Shown one piece after another: positions 47,373 through 57,490 of a DNA stretch of 64,000 bases. Position 1 is the stretch's first letter. Every line of letters starts with the position of its first letter. The notes beneath the pieces are model-generated. The model did no database searches. It was not told where the DNA came from and saw nothing but the letters and a program-made list of their open reading frames with translations. A program made the translations under genes and the position numbers. Origin of the DNA: an uncultured Pelagibacteraceae bacterium (GTDB lineage Bacteria > Pseudomonadota > Alphaproteobacteria > Pelagibacterales > Pelagibacteraceae); NCBI GenBank assembly GCA_902616725.1, contig CACMTZ010000002.1, positions 126,811-190,810 of the forward strand. The letters run 5' to 3'.

Positions 47373-50243
47373 TTAAGCTGCATCTTCTTTAAATTCATCT
47401 ATGCTTGGACAAGTACAGAATATATTCTTGTCACCATAAACATTATCAACTCTTGCAACTGGAGGCCAAAATTTATTAGCTCTTAAGAATTTTGCTGGAT
47501 AAGCAGCTTCTGCTCTTGAGTATTTATGTGTCCAATCATCAGAAGCTAGTTCGCTGTCTGTGTGAGGAGCATTTTTTATTGGATTATCTATTTTATCAAA
47601 TTCACCTGATTTAATTTTTTCAATTTCTTCTTTAATCTTAATTAAAGTATCACAAAATCTATCGAGTTCTGACAAGCCCTCACTTTCAGTTGGCTCTATC
47701 ATCATTGTACCAGCTACTGGCCATGACATAGTTGGTGCATGAAACCCATAATCTATTAATCTTTTTGCAATATCTTCTTCGGTTACTCCTGTCTCTGATT
47801 TAATATTTCTAATATCAATAATACATTCGTGAGCAACATTTCCATTTGATCCTTTATACAAAATTGGAAAGTGATCTTTTAGTCTATGAGCAATATAATT
47901 TGCATTTAATATTGCTACTTCAGTAGCAAGCTTTAACCCTGCTGATCCCATCATTTTAATGTACATCCAAGAGATTGATAGAATACTTGAACTACCCCAA
48001 GGAGCTGCCGAGACTGCTCCAATGCCAGATGTTGGTCCACAATCTTTAATCACTGGATGATTAGGTAGATAAACTTGTAAATGTCTTTTACAAGCAATTG
48101 GTCCCATACCTGGTCCTCCCCCACCATGTGGAATACAAAATGTTTTATGTAAATTAATATGACAGACGTCTGGACCAAAATTTCCAGGCTTTGCAACTCC
48201 AACTAAGGCGTTTAAATTTGCTCCATCCATGTAAACCTGCCCACCATGTTTGTGAACTAACTCACAGATATCAGTTATTTTTTCTTCAAACACTCCATGG
48301 GTAGATGGATAAGTTACCATTAGTGCCCCAAGATTTTCTGAATGTTGTTCAGCTTTTTTCTTTAAATCATCAAAATCAACATTTCCCTCTTTATCACAAT
48401 TAACAACAACCACCTTCATTCCAACCATTTGTGCACTTGCTGGGTTAGTACCATGTGCTGAACTTGGAATTAAACATATATTACGATTAGCCTCACCCCT
48501 ATCTAAATGATACTTTCTGATAACCATTAAACCCGCATACTCACCTTGAGCACCTGCATTAGGTTGCAAAGAAACACCTGAAAAACCAGTTATAGAACGC
48601 AACCAATTTTTTAGATCAGTAAATAAATCTCTAAAACCCTCCATTTGTTCAATAGGAACAAACGGATGAGGTTCTGCAAATTCTTTCCATGATATTGGTA
48701 TCATTTCGGCAGCAGCATTTAATTTCATTGTACAAGAACCAAGTGCAATCATAGTTCTATTCAATGCTATATCTTTATCTTCTAATCTTTTTAAATATCT
48801 AAGCATTTCAGTTTCTGAATGAAATGAGTTGAAAACTGGATGTTCTAAATATTTTGAAGTTCTTAATAAATTTTTTGGAAGATTAGGTAAACTTACCGAT
48901 GGATCTTCTTTTTTGATTGATTCTGCTGCATTAAAAATTTTTAATAGTTGATTTACTCTATATACATTTTTTCTCTCATCAAATGAAACAGCAAGCATTT
49001 CAGAATTTACTTTTCGAATATTAACTCTCTGATTCAGAGCATTCTTATAAATTTGATCAGTCTTTTCTTTGGTAATAATCGTTACAGTGTCAAAAAAATT
49101 ATTCGAATAAAGCTCGTATCCAGATTGTTTTATTTTATCAGCAAAACTTTTTGCTAATTGAGACACTCTTTCCGAAATATTTTTAATTCCATCCGGGCCA
49201 TGATAAATAGCATACGCTGCTGACACAATTGCTAATAAAGCTTGGGCAGTACAAATATTACTCGTCGCCTTATCTCTTCTAATATGTTGCTCTCTAGTTT
49301 GTAATGATAATCTATATGCTTTGTTACCATGTCTATCAACTGATACCCCGACAATCCTTCCAGGCATTGATCTTTTAAACTCATCTTTCGTAGCAAAAAA
49401 AGCTGCATGTGGACCTCCATATCCCATTGGGATACCAAATCTTTGAGAGCTTCCAACTGCAATGTCGGCACCAAGTTCTCTCGGCGTTTTTAATTTTGCT
49501 AGGGCTAACAGATCACAAGCTAATACCGCCTTCCCATTTTTTTTGTGAATTTTGCTAATTGCTTCACTTGGGTCTTTTATATCTCCTAAAGTTCCTGGGT
49601 ATTGTAAAATTCCACAAACTAAATCCTCTTTTAGTTGATCTAAAACTTCATCTTCTTTACCGACTAAAACCTTTAAACCCATAGGTTCGGCTCTTGTTTG
49701 AATTACATCTATTGTTTGAGGGTGACAATCTTCAGAAACAAAAACTAAATTACTATCTTTTTTATTTAATCTGTGACTTAGACCCATGGCCTCTGCTGCT
49801 GCTGTGCCTTCATCTAATAAAGATGCATTGGCAATATCCATCCCTGTAAAGTCAACAATCATTTGTTGAAAGTTCAATAACATCTCAAGTCTTCCTTGGG
49901 CAACTTCAGGCTGATAAGGTGTATATGAAGTGTACCAACCTGGATTTTCTAGAATATTTCTCAAAATTACGTAAGGTGTATAAGTTCCATAATAACCCAT
50001 ACCAATAAAATTCGAGTAAACTTGATTTTTTTTCGAAATTGCTCTTAACTTTCTTAACGCTTCGTACTCTGAATTTGAATCACCAATATTTAGTTCACCT
50101 TTAAACTTTATCTTTTCTGGAACAGTATTGTCAATTAAATCATCTAGTGACTTATAGTTTAATTCTTTTAACATTTTTGATTGGTCTTCTTTAGAAGGAC
50201 CAATATGTCTTTTTAAAAAATCTTTTTCTGAATTAGGTAACAT
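47373..50243 (-). CDS. gcvP: glycine dehydrogenase (decarboxylating), single-chain P protein
   Basis: 956 aa with the PLP-lysine context NLHKTFCIPHGGGGPG. Confidence 0.97.
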   Translation of the reverse strand: MLPNSEKDFLKRHIGPSKEDQSKMLKELNYKSLDDLIDNTVPEKIKFKGELNIGDSNSEYEALRKLRAISKKNQVYSNFIGMGYYGTYTPYVILRNILENPGWYTSYTPYQPEVAQGRLEMLLNFQQMIVDFTGMDIANASLLDEGTAAAEAMGLSHRLNKKDSNLVFVSEDCHPQTIDVIQTRAEPMGLKVLVGKEDEVLDQLKEDLVCGILQYPGTLGDIKDPSEAISKIHKKNGKAVLACDLLALAKLKTPRELGADIAVGSSQRFGIPMGYGGPHAAFFATKDEFKRSMPGRIVGVSVDRHGNKAYRLSLQTREQHIRRDKATSNICTAQALLAIVSAAYAIYHGPDGIKNISERVSQLAKSFADKIKQSGYELYSNNFFDTVTIITKEKTDQIYKNALNQRVNIRKVNSEMLAVSFDERKNVYRVNQLLKIFNAAESIKKEDPSVSLPNLPKNLLRTSKYLEHPVFNSFHSETEMLRYLKRLEDKDIALNRTMIALGSCTMKLNAAAEMIPISWKEFAEPHPFVPIEQMEGFRDLFTDLKNWLRSITGFSGVSLQPNAGAQGEYAGLMVIRKYHLDRGEANRNICLIPSSAHGTNPASAQMVGMKVVVVNCDKEGNVDFDDLKKKAEQHSENLGALMVTYPSTHGVFEEKITDICELVHKHGGQVYMDGANLNALVGVAKPGNFGPDVCHINLHKTFCIPHGGGGPGMGPIACKRHLQVYLPNHPVIKDCGPTSGIGAVSAAPWGSSSILSISWMYIKMMGSAGLKLATEVAILNANYIAHRLKDHFPILYKGSNGNVAHECIIDIRNIKSETGVTEEDIAKRLIDYGFHAPTMSWPVAGTMMIEPTESEGLSELDRFCDTLIKIKEEIEKIKSGEFDKIDNPIKNAPHTDSELASDDWTHKYSRAEAAYPAKFLRANKFWPPVARVDNVYGDKNIFCTCPSIDEFKEDAA

Positions 50244-50623
50244 TATGCTGAAGTCTCCTTTGCAAATTTATCGTAATCGTCTTTATTCATCAAAGTATCC
50301 ATTTCCGATGGATCTTTTATTTTCAGTTTAAAAAACCACGCTGAATCCTCTGGGTCTTGATTAATCTTTGATGGATCATCTACTATAGCTTGATTTGTAT
50401 CAACTACTTCACCACTCACAGGGGTATATACATCACTAGCAGCTTTGGTCGACTCCACAACACCAGCAGTACCATCTTTCTCTACGCTGGATCCTTTTTC
50501 TGGGAGTTCTGCAAAAACTATATCACCTAACATCTCCGTAGCATGTTTTGTAATACCAATTGTTGCAACATCTCCATCTAATTTAATCCACTCGTGCTCT
50601 TTTGAATATTTTACTTGACTCAT
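50243..50623 (-). CDS. gcvH: glycine cleavage system H protein
   Basis: 126 aa with the lipoyl-lysine motif [13 protein letters not shown]. Confidence 0.96.
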   Translation of the reverse strand: MSQVKYSKEHEWIKLDGDVATIGITKHATEMLGDIVFAELPEKGSSVEKDGTAGVVESTKAASDVYTPVSGEVVDTNQAIVDDPSKINQDPEDSAWFFKLKIKDPSEMDTLMNKDDYDKFAKETSA

Positions 50624-51726
50624 TAGTTTACCCCTTTGACATAACTTTTTTTATAAAATGGTAAGCTGCAAATACTTGCAGGATGTTTTTTACCTCTGAC
50701 TTCTAAAAATACTTTAGTATTTTTTTTTGAAAATTCATTTTCCACATAACCCATTGCAACAGGTCCATTAACACTTGGTCCAAATGTACCACTTGTGATT
50801 TCTCCAATATGAACATCTGATTGATTAAATATTTTTGTTTTTTCCCTAGCAATAATTCTGCCTTCAGGTTTAATTCCAACTCTTATTTTGCTGACACCAT
50901 CATTTAATTGTTTAATAATTATGTCAGAGCCAATAAAATCTCCTTTAGAGATTCTTTCTTTTGAAATAGCCCACTTTAAATTTGCTTCCACTGGAGTTTT
51001 GTCTTTATCAAGATCATGACCATAAAGACATAAACCAGCCTCCAATCTAAGTGTATCTCTTGCTCCAAGGCCTATCAATTTAGATCCTTTGTTGATTAAT
51101 TCTCTAGTTAATTGGTCTACAAAATCATTTACAATTGATATCTCAAAACCGTCTTCACCAGTGTAACCAGATCGCGTAATATAAACTTTCTGATTTTCAA
51201 ATGTAAACCAGTTTCCAGACATAAAATTTAGATCTTTCACACCATCAATAACATCATTAAGAATTTCTGATGATTTAGGACCCTGAATGGCAATTAGAGA
51301 TCTATTTTCATCCAGAACCATTTTGTACTTATCCTCAAGAAATTCTTTTAAAATTTTAAAGTCATTATCTTTACATGCTGCATTGAGGATTATCAAAAAG
51401 CCTTCTTTTGTTTTTGTGATAATTAAATCATCATGTATCCCAGCATCTTTGTCCATTAAGAAGCTGTATTTTGAATGATTTAATTTCAAATTTTTAAGAT
51501 CTAAAGGAAAAATTTTTTCTAAATCTTTACTTAAGTCTTCACCACCATAAATAAATAGCTGACCCATATGAGAAACATCAAAGATACCTGAGTGATTTCT
51601 TGTGAATTTGTGTTCTTCTACAATACCTTCCGAATATTGTATTGGCATTTGATAGCCTGCAAATTCAACAAATTTTGCATTACAATCTTGATGTAATTGG
51701 TACAGCGATGTTTTTTTTGTTTCCAT
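50623..51726 (-). CDS. gcvT: glycine cleavage system aminomethyltransferase T
   Basis: 367 aa with [19 protein letters not shown] and [12 protein letters not shown]. Confidence 0.96.
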   Translation of the reverse strand: METKKTSLYQLHQDCNAKFVEFAGYQMPIQYSEGIVEEHKFTRNHSGIFDVSHMGQLFIYGGEDLSKDLEKIFPLDLKNLKLNHSKYSFLMDKDAGIHDDLIITKTKEGFLIILNAACKDNDFKILKEFLEDKYKMVLDENRSLIAIQGPKSSEILNDVIDGVKDLNFMSGNWFTFENQKVYITRSGYTGEDGFEISIVNDFVDQLTRELINKGSKLIGLGARDTLRLEAGLCLYGHDLDKDKTPVEANLKWAISKERISKGDFIGSDIIIKQLNDGVSKIRVGIKPEGRIIAREKTKIFNQSDVHIGEITSGTFGPSVNGPVAMGYVENEFSKKNTKVFLEVRGKKHPASICSLPFYKKSYVKGVN

Positions 51727-51734
51727 ATTAACTC

Positions 51735-51897
51735 TTTGTACCCATCTGTATATTTGCCTGAGAGTTTTGCTCCTTCGGCGAGAATTAAATCTCTTTCCAG
51801 AGTTAATATGTTACGGTCCTTTTTGCCTGAGAGATTCCTGGGTGGTTGCTCCTTCGGCGCTACGATAATCTGTAGTCTCTCCCGTGGCAGGATATTC
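51735..51897 (-). promoter_or_regulatory. tandem glycine riboswitch (two aptamers) in the gcvT leader
   Basis: On the minus strand, aptamer 1 reads …CACGGGAGAGACUACAGAUUAUCGUAGCGCCGAAGGAGCAACCACCCAGGAAUCUCUCAGGCAAAAAGGACCGUAAC…. Aptamer 2 reads …CUCUGGAAAGAGAUUUAAUUCUCGCCGAAGGAGCAAAACUCUCAGGCAAAUAUACAGAUGGGUAC…. The cores CGCCGAAGGAGCAA and CUCUCAGGCAAA each occur twice. This is the only GC-rich, ORF-free island in the window, directly 5' of gcvT. Confidence 0.9.
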
Positions 51898-51916
51898 TTA
51901 CATGTGTGAAAAAAAG

Positions 51917-52795
51917 TCAATCAGAAACAATTTTTTTTTGTTTACTTAAAAGCGAGTAAAATTGTAATAAAACCGCAGAAAGTATAATTGCGCCACCAAT
52001 TAATCCAAATACAGAGGGTCTTTCACTCACAAAAAGGAATGCCCATATCGGTCCTAGGACAGATTCGGATAACATTATGATTCCTACCATTGCAGACGGT
52101 GTTGTTCTTGCACCGATAGTTATAAATATAAAACCAAAACCAACTTGAAAAAAACCTGCGAGAAAACCCAAAAAGATATCATGAGGAGAAATCATGATTT
52201 TAGTGGAAAGCAAAAAACCAATTAAACATGAACTCACGCCGGCAACAAACTGGGCAGGCACCATATCCACAGAGGGAAATTTTCTAACAATCATTATTAA
52301 AACTGCAAAAGTAATTGGCATTGTAAAAGCTGCAAGGTTTCCAGATAATTCTCCAGGAGATAATGAATTACCAACCATTAATAAAACACCTGTCATCGCC
52401 AGACAGATTGAAAACAAAGTAATTAAATTTATTTTTTCCTTAAGGAAAAAATACCCAAATATTGCAAGAAATAGTATTTGAAGTGAAATGATAAAATTAG
52501 TATTAGCAACAGTGGTGTTGTACATAGCAAACACATATCCACAAAAACCAAAAGATAAAACAATTCCACCAACAAATCCTGGTAATCCGGACTTATAAAA
52601 TGACTCAATTGTTTTTCCTCTATAACTTAAAATTAAGAAAGCTAGAACTGTTAAAGAAAAAAATAAAGATCTCCAAAATAGAATTTGCCATAATGTAGCT
52701 CCCTCAAAAGATTTTACAATTAATCCACCAAAACTTAAACTTAATGCACCTAAAAAAATTAATAATGGTCCAGGTAAGTTTCTTATAAAAGTCAT
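51917..52795 (-). CDS. DMT-superfamily (EamA-like) transporter
   Basis: 292 aa with about 10 TM helices. Its start overlaps the pxpC stop by 1 nt. Confidence 0.8.
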   Translation of the reverse strand: MTFIRNLPGPLLIFLGALSLSFGGLIVKSFEGATLWQILFWRSLFFSLTVLAFLILSYRGKTIESFYKSGLPGFVGGIVLSFGFCGYVFAMYNTTVANTNFIISLQILFLAIFGYFFLKEKINLITLFSICLAMTGVLLMVGNSLSPGELSGNLAAFTMPITFAVLIMIVRKFPSVDMVPAQFVAGVSSCLIGFLLSTKIMISPHDIFLGFLAGFFQVGFGFIFITIGARTTPSAMVGIIMLSESVLGPIWAFLFVSERPSVFGLIGGAIILSAVLLQFYSLLSKQKKIVSD

Positions 52796-53739
52796 TAAAT
52801 TTGTGAAATTAAATTTTGTGTCTCCAAGTCATATAATTTAAATAATGTTTCTGCATCAGCTAATTCGACTTTTTTAAATTTAATCTTTGAACCTGGGGTT
52901 AATTGAACCAACTTGTCATAATCTGCACTGATAACAACTCCTATTTTAGGATAACCTCCAATAGTGCCATGATCTGAAAGCATAATTATTGGATTTCCAT
53001 CTGCTGGTACTTGAATAACACCTTTTAATAAACCTTCTGATTTAATATTGGTATCAAAAATATTTTCTATTTTTGGTCCCTCTAGCCTCATACCCATACG
53101 ATCTGATAATTTTGATATTACAAATTCTTTCTCAAAAAAAATTTTTTTTCCTTTGTCAGAAAAATAATCAAAATTTGTTCCTTGGATAACTCTGATATTT
53201 TCAATTTTTGTATTAATGTAATTTAATTTTTTATCACTTAAATTTTTATTGATATTTAAAATATTAATCTTTTGTCCATCTTCTATTTTTTTTCCATTAT
53301 TTGCACCAATATTTGCCTTTGTGTTAATAGAGCAACTTGACCATTGATAATTAACATCAAATTCACCACTTACTGCTAAATATCCATAAACAGATTTATT
53401 AGTGCTTATAATATCTAATTCATCACCATTTTCTAAAGCGAAAGATTGATAACATTTTCCTTCGAAAGTATTGTTTTTTTTTCTAATTATAAATTTTACA
53501 TCTCCCGTGATTGCAAAATTAATCTTTTCCCCAAAATACTTTAACAAAGGACCTTGATAGGCAAATTCAATTATTGGAAAATTTACTTCATTACCAACTA
53601 GTTTGTTAGAAATTTGAAAATTTCTATTATCCATTGCTCCACTAAATGGAATACCAATATGATAAAGATTGTCTCTACCTTGATCTTGAAATGTTGTGTT
53701 TATTCCAGCTCTTTTTATTTCAAAATAATTTTTATTCAT
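52795..53739 (-). CDS. pxpC: 5-oxoprolinase subunit C (biotin-independent carboxyltransferase-like; KipA / allophanate hydrolase subunit 2 family)
   Basis: FEIKRAGINTTFQDQGR N-terminus and HGTIGGYPKIGVV motif. I prefer the start at 53739 (8-nt overlap with pxpB). Confidence 0.85.
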   Translation of the reverse strand: MNKNYFEIKRAGINTTFQDQGRDNLYHIGIPFSGAMDNRNFQISNKLVGNEVNFPIIEFAYQGPLLKYFGEKINFAITGDVKFIIRKKNNTFEGKCYQSFALENGDELDIISTNKSVYGYLAVSGEFDVNYQWSSCSINTKANIGANNGKKIEDGQKINILNINKNLSDKKLNYINTKIENIRVIQGTNFDYFSDKGKKIFFEKEFVISKLSDRMGMRLEGPKIENIFDTNIKSEGLLKGVIQVPADGNPIIMLSDHGTIGGYPKIGVVISADYDKLVQLTPGSKIKFKKVELADAETLFKLYDLETQNLISQI

Positions 53740-54406
53740 TGTTATTGTAATATTGTTCTTTAGTAATTTGCTCAAAAGTAACTACATCACCTGGATTAAT
53801 TAAATTTGGATTATTCTCATTAGTGCTATCAAAAATAACTTGTGGTGTATTTCCAATGATATTCCAACCACCAGGACTTTCGAATGTATAAACATTTGCA
53901 AATTGCTCTGTTAATCCAACCGAACCCTTGGGCACTTTTACTCTTGGTGTTTCCAAACGTTTTGCCTGCAGCTCATTTTCTAGATCGCCCAGAAAAGGCA
54001 TACCTGCAATAAAACCAGTCATATAACAAAAGAATTCCTTACCAAAAAATTTCTCATAAATTTTATCACGAGTTATTTGTAACTTTTCCTCTAATCTTTT
54101 TATATCTAACGAAAAATTTTCATCACAACAAACAGGTATTTTAATTTTATTACTCTCTAATGCATCATCATTAGTAATATTTAAATTTTCGATTAATCTT
54201 TTTATCGTTTGAAAATTTTTTTTTCGTAGATCGAATGAAATGATTAATTTATTATATGAGGGGGTTAAGTTATTGATCCCATCAATATTTTCTTTTTGAA
54301 TACTTTTAAAATATCGTATTACTTTACTATTTATTTCTTTGTTTACCTCAGACCCGAAATCACAATACAAAGCTGCGTCACCAAGATTTGATATATTTTT
54401 AATCAT
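53732..54406 (-). CDS. pxpB: 5-oxoprolinase subunit B (KipI / allophanate hydrolase subunit 1 family)
   Basis: 224 aa with MTGFIAGMPFLG…PRVKVPKGSVG…YTFESPGGWNIIG. Confidence 0.85.
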   Translation of the reverse strand: MIKNISNLGDAALYCDFGSEVNKEINSKVIRYFKSIQKENIDGINNLTPSYNKLIISFDLRKKNFQTIKRLIENLNITNDDALESNKIKIPVCCDENFSLDIKRLEEKLQITRDKIYEKFFGKEFFCYMTGFIAGMPFLGDLENELQAKRLETPRVKVPKGSVGLTEQFANVYTFESPGGWNIIGNTPQVIFDSTNENNPNLINPGDVVTFEQITKEQYYNNNE

Positions 54407-54433
54407 GCCATGTTATACTTACAAATTATGAGT

Positions 54434-55207
54434 ATGGAAATTAATATAAATTGTGATTTAGGTGAAAAATCAAAACATCACTCAAATAAGTATGATCCAG
54501 ATTTATTAGAGATCGTAAATTCAGCCAATGTTGCTTGTGGCTATCACGCTGGAGATGAGCAAACTATGAGCCAAGTAGTGAAAATTTCGAAAAAAAATGG
54601 AGTGAGTATTGGTGCCCATCCTTCTTTTAACGATCCAGAAAATTTTGGTAGAGAAAGAATGGATCTTTCTGAAAGTGAAATAAAAAAACTTATAATTGAT
54701 CAATATGAAATTCTTCAAAAAATAGCTTCTTCTCATGGAGAAAGTGTATCTCATGTAAAACCTCATGGGGCCTTAAATAATATGGCATGTGAGGATATTG
54801 AGTTAGCTACAATTTTAGCCAAAACTATTAAGGATATTAACAAAGATATAATATATCTCGTACCTACTGGATCAAAAATGCAAGAGGCAGCAAAGAAATT
54901 AGATATGAAGTTCGCTTGTGAAATATTTGCTGACAGAAATTATGAGGATGATGGCAATCTTGTATCGAGAAAGAAGCCTCATGCATTAATAACTGACCCT
55001 GAGCTAGCAAAAAAACATGTGTTAAAGATGGTGCAAACTCAGTCGCTTAATTGTCACAGCGGGAAGCAAATACCTTGTGAAATCGACTCTGTTTGTATAC
55101 ATGGTGACAATCTAAGTTCATTAGCAACGGCTAAGTCGATAAGAAATAACTTGGTTGAAAATGGTTTAGAATTAAAAACTTTAAACAAAATGAAAAAATT
55201 TATTTAA
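54434..55207 (+). CDS. pxpA: 5-oxoprolinase subunit A (LamB/YcsF family)
   Basis: MEININCDLGE N-terminus, ANVACGYHAGD and VKPHGALNN. It is divergent from pxpBC. The upstream in-frame ATGs at 54410 and 54428 are less likely starts. Confidence 0.88.
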   Translation: MEININCDLGEKSKHHSNKYDPDLLEIVNSANVACGYHAGDEQTMSQVVKISKKNGVSIGAHPSFNDPENFGRERMDLSESEIKKLIIDQYEILQKIASSHGESVSHVKPHGALNNMACEDIELATILAKTIKDINKDIIYLVPTGSKMQEAAKKLDMKFACEIFADRNYEDDGNLVSRKKPHALITDPELAKKHVLKMVQTQSLNCHSGKQIPCEIDSVCIHGDNLSSLATAKSIRNNLVENGLELKTLNKMKKFI

Positions 55208-55208
55208 T

Positions 55209-55694
55209 ATGAAAAAAATTATCTTAACTTTATCTATTGCCTTCTTTATTACAACAAACGTTTTTGCAGCTGGTTCGTCTTCTAGCGGATCAAGTTCAAC
55301 AAAAACAAACTACGATAAAGCGGTAGTGCATATTAAAAGTGCTAAAAAATACGAAAAAAAAGGAAAATTAGAAAAAGCGCAAAAAAGTTATGCAAAAGCG
55401 CAGAAGCTTTTAATCAAATCAAATGAAAAAAAACCTGGTAAAGCTGATACTCTAAACTATTTAGGTTTCACAACTAGAAAACTAGGTGATTTTGAGAATG
55501 GTGAAAAATATTATCTTCAAGGTTTAGCTATTGATCCAAAACATAAAGGTATTAACGAATATCTTGGTGAATTGTATGTTGCAACTAATAGACATAATCT
55601 TGCAGTTGAAAGACTTGGAGTTTTAGAGGGTTGTAATTGCGAAGAGTATGATCAGTTAAAAGCTGTCATAGCTGGCGAGAAATCAAAATACTAA
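55209..55694 (+). CDS. small exported TPR-repeat protein
   Basis: 161 aa with a signal peptide (LSIAFFITTNVFAAG), a Ser-rich linker, TPR-like helices and a C-terminal Cys pair (GCNCEEY). Confidence 0.65.
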   Translation: MKKIILTLSIAFFITTNVFAAGSSSSGSSSTKTNYDKAVVHIKSAKKYEKKGKLEKAQKSYAKAQKLLIKSNEKKPGKADTLNYLGFTTRKLGDFENGEKYYLQGLAIDPKHKGINEYLGELYVATNRHNLAVERLGVLEGCNCEEYDQLKAVIAGEKSKY

Positions 55695-57001
55695 TTTATA
55701 TTTTTAATCATTTGCTCCGGCATCCATAAAGCTATTTCTGGAAAAATTACTACTAATATAACTGCGAGTACCATCAATAAGAATAATGGAAATGCACTCC
55801 TTGCAATATACCCCATATCTTTTTTTGCCATACCTTGGAGTACAAATAAATTAAAACCAACAGGTGGCGTGATTTGTGCCATCTCAACAACAATGACTAA
55901 AAAAATACCAAACCAAATCATATCAAAACCTGCTTGTCTAATCATGGGCTCAATAATTGCCATTGTTAAAACAACTGCTGAAATACCATCAAGAAACATT
56001 CCTAAAATTATATAAAAGATCATTAAAACAAATATCAAAACATATGGAGATAATTCCATATTTTGGATCCAGAGAGCTAAATTTCTTGGTAATCCAGTGA
56101 ACCCCATTGCTAAAGATAAAAATGTTGAACCTGCTAAAATAAAAGCAATCATACAAGAGGTTTTAGTTGCTCCAAGTAAAGAGGATTTAAAAGTTTTAAA
56201 TGTTAAACTTTTTTGAAAGTAAGATAATATTAATGCTCCAACTACTCCTAATGAAGCTGCTTCAGTTGCTGTTGCAATCCCTGTATATATCGATCCAATA
56301 ACAGCCAATATTAAAATTATAACTGGCAAAAGTTGTTTTGATCTTTTTATTTTTTCAAAAAATGAATACTCCTCAATCATTTTTGGCATTGATTTTTTAT
56401 TAATTAAAGACCAAATAATTACGTAAGACATGAATATTAGTGCAATCATTATCCCAGGAATAATCCCAGCAATAAATAATTTTGCTATAGACTCTTGGAC
56501 AGCAACGCCGTAAATAATCAATATAATTGACGGTGGTATCAGCAAACCTAATGTTCCTGAACCTGCTAAACTACCTAGTAAGATTTTTTCTGGATAATTT
56601 CTTTTTCTTAATTCAGGAATAGACATCTTGCCTACTGTTGCAACAGTTGCTGCTGAAGAGCCTGAAATTGCTGCAAATAATGCACATCCAACAACATTAA
56701 CATGGATTAAACCTCCTGGTAATTTTTGCATCCAGGGAGATAATCCTTTGAATAAATTTTCAGAGAGCTTTGTCCTAAATAAAATCTCACCCATCCATAC
56801 GAATAGTGGTAATGCGGTAAGTGTCCAAGAGGATGATGTGCCCCATATCGTTGTAGCCATTGCATCACCAACTGGTCTTGAGGTAAATAACATCATGCCA
56901 ATAGCCGATACACCAATCATACTTAACGCAACCCAAATTCCAGATCCTAAAAAGAATAGCAAAACACTAATAAAGAAAATTGTTAAAAGTATTTCGGTCA
57001 T
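55691..57001 (-). CDS. dctM: TRAP transporter large permease (DctM family)
   Basis: 436 aa, polytopic. It is part of the dctP-dctQ-dctM order on the minus strand. Confidence 0.9.
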   Translation of the reverse strand: MTEILLTIFFISVLLFFLGSGIWVALSMIGVSAIGMMLFTSRPVGDAMATTIWGTSSSWTLTALPLFVWMGEILFRTKLSENLFKGLSPWMQKLPGGLIHVNVVGCALFAAISGSSAATVATVGKMSIPELRKRNYPEKILLGSLAGSGTLGLLIPPSIILIIYGVAVQESIAKLFIAGIIPGIMIALIFMSYVIIWSLINKKSMPKMIEEYSFFEKIKRSKQLLPVIILILAVIGSIYTGIATATEAASLGVVGALILSYFQKSLTFKTFKSSLLGATKTSCMIAFILAGSTFLSLAMGFTGLPRNLALWIQNMELSPYVLIFVLMIFYIILGMFLDGISAVVLTMAIIEPMIRQAGFDMIWFGIFLVIVVEMAQITPPVGFNLFVLQGMAKKDMGYIARSAFPLFLLMVLAVILVVIFPEIALWMPEQMIKNIN

Positions 57002-57484
57002 TTAATCTTTTTTGATGGTTAAAATAAATTGATGAAAAACGCTTATAAAAAAAATTGTTGATCCAATAGCTACGCTTGTTTGAGGAATCCAAATCAAAAT
57101 TTCATCTGCTCCTTCACTTCGTTCTTGAAATTTATAGGAAATAATTAACATTTTAACGAAGTAAAAAGCCAGGTATCCTGAAAAAAAGCTTGCGATACTT
57201 AAACACCAGGTTTCAATAAATTTTTTCTTTGTACCTGATAATTTTTCTAAAAAAAGTGTAATCCGAATATGCCCTCCTTCTACAAATGTGTACGCTAATG
57301 CAAAAAAGGATGCAGCAGCCATACAATAACCTGAATACTCAGCAAGACCTCTTATATAAAAACCAAATATTCTCGATGAGATACCAGTAAGAATAAAAAC
57401 TGCTACTAAAATTAAGAAAAAAGCAGCGACATAACCTGAAAATTTATAGAGTTTATTTAAATTTCTATCTAGTGATTTTAACAT
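57002..57484 (-). CDS. dctQ: TRAP transporter small permease (DctQ family)
   Basis: 160 aa with 4 TM helices, abutting the dctM start. Confidence 0.85.
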   Translation of the reverse strand: MLKSLDRNLNKLYKFSGYVAAFFLILVAVFILTGISSRIFGFYIRGLAEYSGYCMAAASFFALAYTFVEGGHIRITLFLEKLSGTKKKFIETWCLSIASFFSGYLAFYFVKMLIISYKFQERSEGADEILIWIPQTSVAIGSTIFFISVFHQFILTIKKD

Positions 57485-57490
57485 AACAAT

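Noticed and set aside
51618-51920. 100-aa (-) and 70-aa (+, 51697..51909) ORFs covering the gcvT leader
   Set aside because: They lie over the tandem glycine riboswitch. They have no protein-like features and overlap the gcvT start. The duplicated aptamer cores explain the sequence better.
56628-57005. Long antisense ORFs inside well-supported genes: 56628..57005, 62706..63083, 31437..31802, 7044..7358, 32228..32545, 52194..52481, 36414..36656 and the shorter ones in the track
   Set aside because: These are shadow ORFs on the opposite strand of genes with strong family signatures. Their translations are low-complexity or hydrophobic artefacts of AT-rich codon bias.
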